Assembly: GCF_016432865.1 (NCBI RefSeq)
Contig: NC_067400.1
Coordinates: 1,612,001-1,676,000, forward strand
Reading direction: 5' to 3'
Source: Antechinus flavipes
Lineage: Eukaryota
Length of the DNA stretch: 64,000 nucleotides
A program made the translations under genes and the position numbers. The notes below the pieces were generated by a model. It did no database searches, was not told where the DNA came from, and saw only the letters and a list, made by a program, of their open reading frames with translations. Below are positions 11,085-21,619 of the stretch, piece by piece (position 1 is the first letter of the stretch; each line of letters opens with the position of its first letter).

Positions 11085-11180
11085 GCAGGAAGTCCCACCC
11101 GCCACTCCCTGCAGGAACTCCCACCCGCTGTTCCCTGCAGGAACTCCCACCCACCATTCCCTGGAGGAAGTCCCACCCAG
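11085..11180. repeat. 26-bp tandem repeat x~4
   Basis: gcaggaa(g/c)tcccaccc...tccct units start at 11085, 11111, 11137 and 11163. Confidence 0.88.
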
Positions 11181-11744
11181 TCCGGTCTGGGCGGCTGGGC
11201 CGGCCGGGCGTCCCCGAGGGGTTCTGAGCACAGTGCTGGTTGTTGCTGGGGGTTCCAGGATTTTCCGCTTGGTGGCCCTCAGACACAAGCCCCCAGGGAA
11301 GCCCCCCTTGTCCCCCCTTTCCCAGGAGTCCCTTTCACCTCTAGAGAGCTTGAATGCCTAGGGAGGCTTCCCTCCGTAAGCCCAGGCAGCCCCTTCTGCC
11401 CTCCGCCTGGTTCTGGTCATTGGGGCACAAGGCCCATGGCTCTGCCGTCCCCCCAGAGGCTTCCCTGCCCCGGCCCAAACATCCCCCAGCCTCGCACTGG
11501 CCTCGGGGCCCTCCGCTCCTCCTGCCGCCCCAACTTCCTCAGCGGCTTCATTTCCTCCTCCCCAGGAGTGGGGGGCAAGACACAAAATCGGGGCAGCAGC
11601 GTGACCCCAACGGGCTCTAGAGCGTGTCAGCGCCCCGCCCCCTCATCTGGAGAAAGTTCTTCCCGAAGAGGCTCTCCCAGAGTCTCCTCCCCAAAAGTAG
11701 CTGCGACTTTGGCAGAGGATCCCCCAACAGACAAAGGCTTAGCA

Positions 11745-11895
11745 GCTCTTGCACATAGTAGGCGCTTGATAAATGTCTGCTGACTGACACAGTAGGTGCT
11801 TGATAAGATAAATGTCTGTTGACTGACTTGCTTCATACTCAGGCGACTAAGAGGGACAAAGAAAATCATTGTGTTCTAAGAGGGACAAAGAAGAT
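11745..11895 (+). mobile_element. L2/MIR-type 3' tail, locally duplicated
   Basis: agtagg(c/t)gcttgata...aatgtctg(c/t)tgactgac occurs twice in tandem; ctaagagggacaaagaa occurs twice just after. Confidence 0.55.
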
Positions 11896-13262
11896 GTTTA
11901 TGTTATTATATGTTTCTTGTTAATTTTTAAAGCAATTGTTTTCCCCTCCCTTTCCTTCCCCCCGTTCAAGCTGACCCTCTGAGCCCACCCTAATGGGAAC
12001 CCTGAGTCGGAGCAATCCTAGGAGAAACACGAGGCGGGGGATCCGTGCTTGAGGAAGGGGTTGGCTGGTGACCTTCAGGGAGGGGGCCACGTGAGGTCAG
12101 CCCCAGCCCGGCGGATACCCTCTGCTCGGCTCTTCAGAGAGGTCGCCGATTTTCGAGGGGACCCTCGGGCTCCATGACCCAGAACCTCACAGGTCACGGT
12201 CCCCATGAATTGTACCCCCCAGACCCCCGTGTCCCATGGACTCTGGCTCCTGGGTGGCCTCCCCCCCTCCCCCCGTGGCTCTTCCTGGACCAGCCCGAGG
12301 TGCGCGTGGAGGCCCCGCCTGGCCGGACCCTCGCGCCAGGAGCCTGGCAGAGCAGCGGGCGCCGGGTCCCTGCGGGGGCAGCTCAGGGCCTCCTGTGCCC
12401 CCAGAGCTCAGGCTCGGGTGGCTCTTAAGCTCGCAGCACACGTTTGGAAAGGAAAGAGCGCCGGGCCTGGGGTCAGGGCACTTCCCGGCTCGGGCCCTGG
12501 GGCACAGGGCGACCTTGCAGGAGTCCCTTCCTCTTAATGGCCTCGGTTTCCCCCCCTGTAAATTAGGGCCGCCCCCAGTGAGTTTCCTGGCCCCCTTTGT
12601 AACAGGAAAAGGCCAGCAGAGGGCACTAGAGACCAAGAAGAAGCTGGCCGCGGCCATCCCTGCCGGGCGCTCCCTTCTTTGGGCAGACTGGCTCCGGCCT
12701 GTGTCCTTCCGCCGGCGAAGAGCCCCCGAGCTGCCGAAGCCGCCGCCCGAGCGGCCGGGGCAGCCATTGGCCGCTTCACAGACCGCCCGCAACGTGAGCA
12801 GAACGTTTTGTATGGTCAGGAACCCCCCAAGTGCAGACGCCCCCCAAGGCGCGGACTCCCCCAGTTGCTCCCTTGTGGCGGCGGAGGCGGGCCTGCGGCG
12901 CCCCAGCACCCCCAGCACCGGGACCCCTTTTCCCGGGGCCTGCTCCATAACCGGCTCTGAGGCTGCTCTGGGGGGTCCCAGGAGCATCGTGGGGCTGAAT
13001 GTCGGGGGAGAGAAGGGGAATCCGGCCCAGCCGGACAAGAGCCCGCCCCCGGGGAGCCCGGGGCTCCACTCCCACGGGAGGGCAGAGCTCCCAGCGCAGG
13101 AGTGCGCCCGCATGTGAGGCGGCCCGCGCCCAAGAGAAAGCGCGGCAAGGGCCGGGCTGGGAGGGCGTCCTGAGAGGGCGGCGAGCTCCGGGGAATGAGC
13201 ATCCCACTCAACGGGCCTCCCTTGTTCTGTCGGGCCTGGGCCTGGGGGGGGTCGGAGACAGA

Positions 13263-13405
13263 GGGGGGGCGCTGCCCACTGCAGGGGGGGAAGGGGGGCT
13301 GTCCACTGGGGGGGACACTGCCCACTAGGGTGGGGAGACCGCTGCCCACTGCAGGCCCGGGGTGCTATCCACTGCAGGGGGGGAAGGAGGGGCTGTCCAC
13401 TGCGG
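13263..13405. repeat. Degenerate G-rich tandem repeat
   Basis: Recurring gctg(c/t)ccactgcagggggggaag-like units. Confidence 0.7.
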
Positions 13406-14504
13406 GCCAGAGGCCCCAGCACAGAAACGGAGCCACTCAGCCATGGCCTGTGCGTGGAACGGACTAGATCCCCCCAAAGCAAGCCAGAATGGGAGGGGGC
13501 AAGGGGGCCCGAGCAGAATCCTGGCCCGACTGGAGAGGAGAGCTCTGGGGGCAGAACTCAACGACCAAAGTCACCATTGAGCCCTTCGGGGTCAGCTCCT
13601 GGACAAGGACACGTGGCTTTAGAGACTTCGTGCTTGCCCTCAGGGAGGCAACAGCTCATTTATGGGGGAGCAGAAGTTGGAAGGAGTGAGCCCCTCCCCT
13701 TCACCCCCCCCCCCCCCAGTGCTTGTGAACAGCACAGCTTAGAAGTGGCCGGGATCCCAGGGAGGGGAGTCCGCCTCCAAGGGGGAGGGCCCCGAGCAGG
13801 AGCCCCCTCCTCAGCCCTCAGGCTCCTCAGCAGAGGGCCTGGCTCGTCCGGGAGGAGCCGCCCCTCGGCCCCCTTGTTCTGCTTCGGAGAGTGAATGAGA
13901 AGGTTCCCTGGGGATGTTGGGAAATGACAGCTCGTGATGAGACGGTCGCAGCAGGTCGTCCGGCCAGAGGAGAGATGACAGATAGGCCTCGGTCACCTGC
14001 CCTGTCCCCTCCCCCGCCCAACCCCGGGCTGTCTCACAGGGACTTTGGGAGGATCAAAGGGGATGCCGGCTGTCTCCTCCCCTGCAGCCCCAGGTTAGGG
14101 GGAGCCCGGCTGCTACTGCAGACACTCGGGCCGGGCACGGGCCCCCAAACGATGGACAGACCGGGCGGGACAGGACCGGAGCGGCCACGGGAGCGCCTCT
14201 CCAAGGTCTTCTCCCGAGTCCTGGAGAAAGGATCCGAGCCTTCCCCGAGAGCCCCTCCCCGAACAGGTCTGTGGAAGGCTCTGGGGCAACAAAGGCGCCT
14301 CCCTTTAGGCAGCCTCTTATCAGAGGCTGTGCCTTCTCTACTCTGCAGCCCCCACCCCAATTCCCCGCCCCCAACTCCCCATTGAATGCAAGTGCCTCGA
14401 AAGCAGTTTGGTTTGTTTGTCTTTGTACTTAACAGCATTTAGGGGCATATAACAAGCTTTAATGAAGACTCTGGCTGCCTATCTACCCATCCACTGATCT
14501 ATCT

Positions 14505-14768
14505 ATGCATCCATCCATCCACCTATATCCCCACCTATCCGTGTATCCCTCCCTCCCTCCATGTATCCATCAACTATCCATGTATCCATCCCTCCCTCCC
14601 TCCCTCCTTCCCTCCCTCCCTCCATCCATGTATCCCTCCCTCCCTCCTTCCCTCCCTCCCTCCATCCATGTATCCATCAACTATCCATGTATCCATCCCT
14701 CCATCCCTCCCTCCCTCCCTCCCTCCTTCCCTCCCTCCCTCCATCCATGTATCCCTCCCTCCCTCCCA
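14505..14768. repeat. (TCCC)n/(ATCC)n compound repeat with a ~107-bp internal duplication
   Basis: atgtatccatcaactatcc at 14561 and 14668, each followed by the same ccct arrays. Confidence 0.88.
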
Positions 14769-16051
14769 CCCCAGCAAGATAAAGACTCCTAAACATTGGT
14801 GACCTGCTCAGAAACACAAACCGCCCTGCACTAGTGGGGAAAGACCTTCCAGCATCGGCCCCCTTACAGGGATCAAAGCTTGTCTTGCCCGGTGACTGAC
14901 CGCTCTGGGTCAAACTGAAGACAAAGAACCTCAGAGCCTTAGAACTTAGATCTAGTAGGTGGGTAAATTTCAGATGGCCCCCAAACAGAAGACATTTGTG
15001 CCTCGGGGGACATAGATTGGTGAAAAAGCCAGAAGACTTGGGGACGAACAGGGATCCCTCTGGCTGACCCAGGAAGATCTGGAGACAGACCCCAGATGGG
15101 GACTAACCCACGTGAAGGGCAGACAGCTCCGGGCTAGCGCCGGAGTGGGGAGCCTGGGGGCTAGCGGGACCCCCCCCCTTCGGGGTCTGAGTCCAGGCAG
15201 ACTGAGAAAACTTGGGCTGATCAGGAACGCCAGGCCCAGCTGGGCTGCTAAGACGGGCCCTGAGGGAGAAGGAGCCAGCGCACCAGGAGTGCAGGGGCAG
15301 GGATGCTGTGGGCCGCGGGCACTTGCAGGAGAGGGAGCTCTCCGTGTGGGGTTCCGGGTCAGAGGGGAGAGCTGAAGTGGAGCCAGAGGCACCATCCCCC
15401 ACCCCATGATCAGAAACGCTTACACTGATGCTTCTCATTTTAAAACAATAAGCTGGCAATGAAGAAAAACCTCAGCCATAGAAAGTTACTATGGGAACAG
15501 GGAAGACTAGGTTCATCTTCAGAGGAGGACATTGATGTAGAAAAAAAAAAAAAACCGACCTTCTATCTCAAAGACTAACATTCAATGGTTTCCTGCTTAA
15601 AAAGAATTTATAGAAAAACCAAAAACTAAAAATAAAAATCAAATGAGGAAAAAATGGGGAAAAATTAAAAAACAAAACCATCCAAGAGAAAAAAGATTAT
15701 GGGGAAAAAGCCAACAACCAGAAAAGGAGATCCAGAGTTTTAAACATGAAAATAACTTTGAAAATTAGAACTGGGCAAGAGAAAGCCAGTGGAGCTATAA
15801 AAGACCAAGAAATGACAAAAAGAACATAAAGTATGAAAAAATAGAACAGAATGTGAAACATCTTATAAGAAAAACAACAGATCTAGAGAACAAATCAAGA
15901 AGAGAAAATATAAGAACCATTGGGCTACCTGAAAGCCATGACCAAAAAAAGAATCTTGACATAATAATGCAAGAAATAATGCAAAAAAATTGTCCTAAAG
16001 TGATAAAACACGAGGGGAAAGTAGAAATAGAAAAAAAAATCAACCAAATCA

Positions 16052-17930
16052 AAACCATTTGTAAAGAGTGGAGGATCAGTGGACTAGATTAGATCCACAT
16101 GATACAAAGTCAAGGCCTTTAGCAATCTAGTATTTGATAAACCCCCAAACTCCGGCTTCTGGAATAAGAACTCGGTAATTGACAAAAATTGCTGGGAAAA
16201 CTGAAAAATAATATGTCAGAAACTCGGAATAGATCTACATGTCACACCCCACACCAAAATAAGGTCAAAATGGATACATGATTTGGGCATAAGGGCTGAT
16301 ACCATAATCACATTAGAAGAGCAAGGGATCGTTTACCTATCAGATCTTTGGAAAAGGGAGGAATTTATGACCAGAGGAGAATTAGAGAACATCATGAAAG
16401 GCAAAAAAAAAAAAAAAAAAAATCATTAAAACGATTTTTCACAAACAAAACCAACAAAAATAAGATTAAAGAAGAAGTACAAAGCTGGGAGCAAATCTTT
16501 ACAGCCAGTGTTTCTGAGAAAGGTCTCATTTCTAAAATGTATAGAGAACTGTATCAAATTTATAAGAATACAAGTCATTCTCCAAATGATAGGTAAAGGA
16601 TATGAATGAAAGGTAAGGATATGAATAGACAATTTTCAGATGATGAAATTAAATCCATCTATAGTCATGAAAAAAATGCTCTATATGGTAAGGTCCATGA
16701 GAGAGGTCAGGCAAGTGGGAATGAGAAGTAGTGGGCCAAGGGTCTCGAGGTCCTCGAATGTGATTGGAGTTGAGTACTTAGGGACTTCCTTCGTGGGTGG
16801 GACCTCCAGCCATGACGAAATCCCTAAATCTCACTCTGAGATCTCGGCACGTTTGGGAGGTAATCATCATCGATTAGCTTGTGCCTGTGACCTCACAGAC
16901 CCATTATAACCTCGGAGCCGGAAGCCCTCTCTTTCTTTTTCCACCTGGAGCTTGGCTTGGGGAGAGGTGCCAGTAGTGTAGGAGTCTAAGCTTGTCTGCC
17001 AAAACTCTCGGGTGCTCTGTTGCGCTCAAACTGCGTCCCTATGAGATGGTAGCAGCCGGAGGATTCTGGGGACCCCAAAACCGAGGTAAGATTGATATTG
17101 TATTTACCAGAGATTTCTCTGCTCAGGCCTGGGAATCAGGATAGATTAGCAGTGGTTGAGTGTGAGAAAGGCCTCAACACTACATCCTTATTGATCAGAG
17201 AAATGCTAATTAAAACAATATGAGGTACCACCTCACACCTCTCATGTTGGCTAAGATGACAGGAAAAAATAATGATGAGTGTTGGAGGGGATGTGGGAAA
17301 ACTGGGACATTAATGCATTGTTGGTGGAGTTGTGAACTGATCCAGCCGTTCTGGAGAGCAATCTGGAACCATGCCCAAAGGGCTATCCAGCTGTGCATCC
17401 CCTTTGACCCAACAGTGCCATTACTGGGTCTGTATCCCAAGGAAATCAAAAAGAGGGAAAAGGAATCACATATGAGCAGGTGTTTGTAGCAGCCCTTTTT
17501 TATGGTGGCAGAGTTGCAGAATGAGTGGATGCCCATCAATTGGGAAATGGCTGAATAAATTGTGGTATAAGAAGATAATTTAATATTACTGTTCTATAAA
17601 AATGATGAACAAGCTGATTTTAGAAAGGCCTGAGTGAAACAAGCAGAAGCAGTAATACACTGTACACGGTAACAGCAAGAACGTGCCATGATCAACTATG
17701 AAAGACTCGGTTCTTCTCAGTGGTTCAGTGATCCAAGGCAATCCCAACAGACTTTGGACAGAAAACACCATCCGCATCCAGAAAAAGAACCATAGAGTCT
17801 GAATGGAAATCAACACATGCAACGTTCATTTCTTTTGGTTTTTTTTCTCTCCCATGATTTTCCCCTTTTGCTCTGATTTTTCTCTCCCAGCATGATTCAC
17901 AAAACAATGTATATTAAAAATAAATAAATG
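16052..17930 (+). mobile_element. 5'-truncated L1 (ORF2 3' part plus 3' UTR) inserted in the older ORF1
   Basis: ORF2 C-terminal peptides (KGLISKMYRELYQIYKN; HCWWSCELIQPFWRAIW). Degenerate TSD aaaaaatcaaccaaatca (16034-16051) / aaaaaatccactaatca (17931-17947). Confidence 0.82.
16686..17179 (+). mobile_element. Solo LTR (494 bp) of an endogenous retrovirus
   Basis: TG...CA ends and a 5-bp TSD ctata/ctaca. Removing it rejoins the L1 sequence atgctcta-a-tccttattgatcagagaaatgc. TATA-like ttataa at 16904-16909 is followed by a pyrimidine tract, giving + orientation. Confidence 0.82.
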
Positions 17931-19224
17931 AAAAAATCCACTAATCACAACCTCAAAGATGACCTTTGGGAAAAGCACATAGGAATATTCTTACCAAATT
18001 TTGAAACCCCCAGATCAAAGAGCAAATTTTTCAAGGGAAAAAAACACGATTCCAATACACAGGAGCTACAATTAGAATTGTACAAGACTTCTCAGCAGCC
18101 ACAATAAAAGATCTCAGGTCCTGGAATCATATATACCAGCAATCAAAAGAACTGGGTCTGCCACCAAAAATATCAAATCCAGCAAAATTATCCATAATAT
18201 AGGATGAAACAATGGATCTTCAACAAACTTGAAGATTTTCAAGACTTTCTTTCAACCAAACCTGAAATCAATGGAAAATTTAATATATAAGAGCCAATAT
18301 CAAAGATCAATTTCAAGGAACTTAATATGGACAAATTATATATATTTACATGGAAAAGTATACCGTGTGTTTAAGATTGACATCAGCGTTTGGGTAATTA
18401 GAAAAATGTTGGGGCAGAGTTAAGTAAAAATAATAATTATACAAATGAGGGGCAGAGGAAGACTAGACACAGAGGTATTAGAGGGGGAGGAGGGCTCCTA
18501 GTTCTGAAAACCTACTCACACTGGGAATGGGTTAAATAGCAATACTTCATATATAGCACCCTCTGAAATCTATAAACAAACGAGGGGGGAGGAAGGGGAA
18601 GGGGGAAGTAAAGAAAGAAGACAGGGAGGGATCCATGGGAGGGGAAAGGGTAAGTAACAGCAAGGCCCTTATGGAGCAGAATTAATGAAAGAGTCGGCAG
18701 CGATAGGAGAGCAGAGATCTACACAAATACGTAACAAGGATCAGGATAGACATTACTAGGGGAAAAATGCAGCATTGATTTTAGACAAAGTCATAGGTAA
18801 AGATTCAATCAAGAGAGAAAGCTACGTCATACTAACATGGGGAAATGCAGCTGTGTGTATGTGGCTCTGACTTTGTGTGCATGTGGCTCTGTGTGGGTGT
18901 ATATACGGATATGCATCTGAGGGCTCGTCTGGGGTGTGTGTGAATGTATATGTATGCGTGTGTCTGTATGGGGGCGGGGTGTATGTGTGTATGTAAATAT
19001 AAATAGATCTGAGCTTCACTATGGCTTGCTGGGGGGAGCTGGGGAGGATGAAGGGGAAAAAAGAATAAAGTAAAAAAAATACAAAGCAGAGAACAACCTA
19101 CGAGGAAGCAAAGAAAAGAAGGCCGCTCGGGAATTCAATTTCTTCTATTGTTATATATCTTTTCTTAAATTGGTAATTTGTTGTTTTATTTTTTCTGGTT
19201 ATACATGTACATTCATCTTTTAAA

Positions 19225-20120
19225 ACATATTTCCTTGTGAATCATGTTGGGAAAAAACAGAAGAGAAAGGGGGAAAACAGTGACCATAGCACGTGTTGGT
19301 TGACATTCCATCTTCTTTGTTCTTTTTCTGGAGGCAGACGGAGTTTTCTGCCCAGAGTTTAGTGGGGTGGCCCGGGATCACCGACCACTGAGAAGAAGCG
19401 AGTCGTTCGTGATTGATCATCTCATGACCTTTCTGTTCCTGTGAACGACGTATTCCCCGACCACTCAGCATCGGTTCCCGTGAATCTCTCCAGGCCTTTT
19501 AAAATCTGTTTGTTCTTCATTTTAATAGAAGTTCCATGACCTTCTTTTACCACAGCTCGTTCAGCCATTCCCCGACTGTGGGCACCCGCTCATCTTCCCG
19601 TTCTTTGCTACCAAAAAGAGCGGCCACAAACGTTTTTGCCCGAGTGGCCCTTTCCCTCCTTGGTGATCTCCTTGGGATTCAGCCCCAGTGATGGCTCTGC
19701 TGCCCAACTGCTCTCAGGAACGGTTGGATCGCTTCACGCTCCACCAGCAGCACGTCAGCGCCCGTTTTCCCGCAGCCCCTCCGACCTCCGGCACTATCTT
19801 TTCCCGGCCCCCCAGCCAGTCTGAGAGGGAAAACGCTTTTCAGTGCAGAGTGAGCCGGTGCTGAGAGGGGGAGCTGTGCCCCAGGGCTGTCTAAACTCGC
19901 ACTTCTCTGATCAACAGCAATTGCCAGCATTTTTTTCACGGCCAGAAATGGTTTTAATTTCTTCATCTGAGAACTGTCTGTTATTGGCTTTGACCATTAG
20001 CTGGGGAGCGATTCTTCTGGATTTTGAGTTTTCCCCGATGTTCTGCTGGGCACATGACGACGTCCGTTTCATTTTGTTTCCTCTCGCTTTTCTCTTCTTC
20101 TATTTTGTTAAATAAACAGG
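19225..20120 (-). mobile_element. L1 3' end, inverted relative to and homologous with 17185-17930
   Basis: Its reverse complement aligns with the + copy (gatcaa...gactcg-ttcttctcagtggt...gtgatcc...cagaaaa...tccagaaaaagaac). Confidence 0.85.
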
Positions 20121-21619
20121 AAAAAACCCACAGATCCCAGCCTGTCAGAGCGGGGAGGGTGGAACCTGGAGCCTGGAAGGGAGCACTCGTGTGGTCTGAG
20201 GGACCCTGGGAAATAGCGCGAGGAGAGAACTTTCAGACATAGAACGCTGGCGCCAAAGGGACCTCAGAACACGGAGGGAGCTTAGAACAAGTCAGTGCTG
20301 AGAAGGCCCTTGGACCCTGAAAGGTCCCCGGGAGCGGGTCCGAGGCCCCGGAGGAAGAAGACAGTTGGGGGGGGAAGGGGCTGTGAGCCAGGACAGCGCC
20401 CTGTGCTGGTGGGGTCGGGGGCCAGAGAATGCAGGGTCGGCTGCCTCGGGCCAGACATGGTGCAAGCCACGAGCCTGGGTCCGCAGGAGAGAGGGGCCCC
20501 TCTGAAGGGTGGGGGGGCAGCAGACGGGCCCCCAGGGTGTGTCCCTTCTCCTGATGGCCCTTTGGGCGGGACCCTTTGTGCCCGGTGCCAGGGAGCAGAG
20601 GGCTGGGCAGGTGCTGTGGTCCCCAGCGGTCCCAGGCCTAGGGATAAAGCTGCTCGGGAAGCCCCCCTCCGGGCTCCCAGCTCTCCCCGGCCTCCCCGGG
20701 CTGTTGGTCCAGCCTCCCTGCCAGGAGAGGGACTTCATGGTCCCATGGTGAGAGCCACGGGCTCGCCCCTGGAGCCTCACTAATGGTTCCCATTATAGCT
20801 CGCTGCTGCCTCCTTCCCTCGGGGAGCGAGCACATGAGCCTGTGAAGGGCGGGCTCCAACTTTCCTCTGCAGGGGCCCTGGGGACAAGGGGCCGTCCCAC
20901 TGCCTGTGCTGGGAGGTGGGGACGGAGGAGCCGTGGGAGGCAGGGAGGCCCCTTCCCCCTCTCCCCCTGGCCTCCCTCTCCCTGTCCCTCTCCCCCCTAC
21001 CCTCCAACCTCCCTCTCCCTGTCCCTCTCCCCCCTACCCCCCAGCCTCCCTCTCCCTATCCCCCTCCCCCCTCCCTCTCTCTGTCCCCCGCCCTGCTCTC
21101 CAGGACTTTCCCTGCGGGACTTCCTTGGCTCTCCTTGCCGTGGCACTTTGGCCGCCTGTGGGCACCCAGGAGAGCAGTGGGGTGGGCTGCCTTTGGCCCT
21201 GCTGAGTCCCAGTTCTCCTGCCGGGGCCCGTCCTCCTGGAGCTCTCCCTGCTTGTGAGGGAGCCACTGCCAGGGGTCAGACAGCCGAGCCTTTTCTCAGG
21301 CCCGTGGGAGGGATGTGGCCAGGGACGATGGAGAAAAGTGGGCTGGGCTAATGGCCCCGTCCCGGGTCCGCACCCCCGGCTTTGCTTTCAAACCACATTT
21401 GGGTGCAATCCTGTCTCAGTGAAGGTGGACGCAATGGGCACTCTTGCCCCCATTGTATAGACAAGGAAACTGAGGCTGGACGCGCCGCGCAGGGCCTCAG
21501 CCGGTATCACACAACTGCCGATTCCGGGCAGGAGGGACCTCGCGGGGAGGCTGGGGCGGGAGAGCGCGGGGGGGGCCGCAGGACGGGGGGGGGGGGTGTC
21601 TGCCCGGGCTCTCCCAATT

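Larger units (their letters stand above)
15461..19230 (+). mobile_element. Old L1-derived element (ORF1, short ORF2 endonuclease remnant, own 3' tail; HAL1-like), split by younger insertions; 5' UTR may extend to ~14990
   Basis: ORF1-like KTTDLENKSRRENIRTIGLPESHDQKKNLDIIMQEIM...EGKVEIEK (15853-16050) resumes at ~17948. Endonuclease-like AALILDKVIGKDSIKRESYVIL at 18769-18834 is followed by non-coding tail rather than RT. Confidence 0.72.

Noticed and set aside
9845-13482. 443-aa, 431-aa and 293-aa ORFs between the genes
   Set aside because: They run through tandem repeats and GC-rich sequence, overlap on both strands and show no recognisable family.
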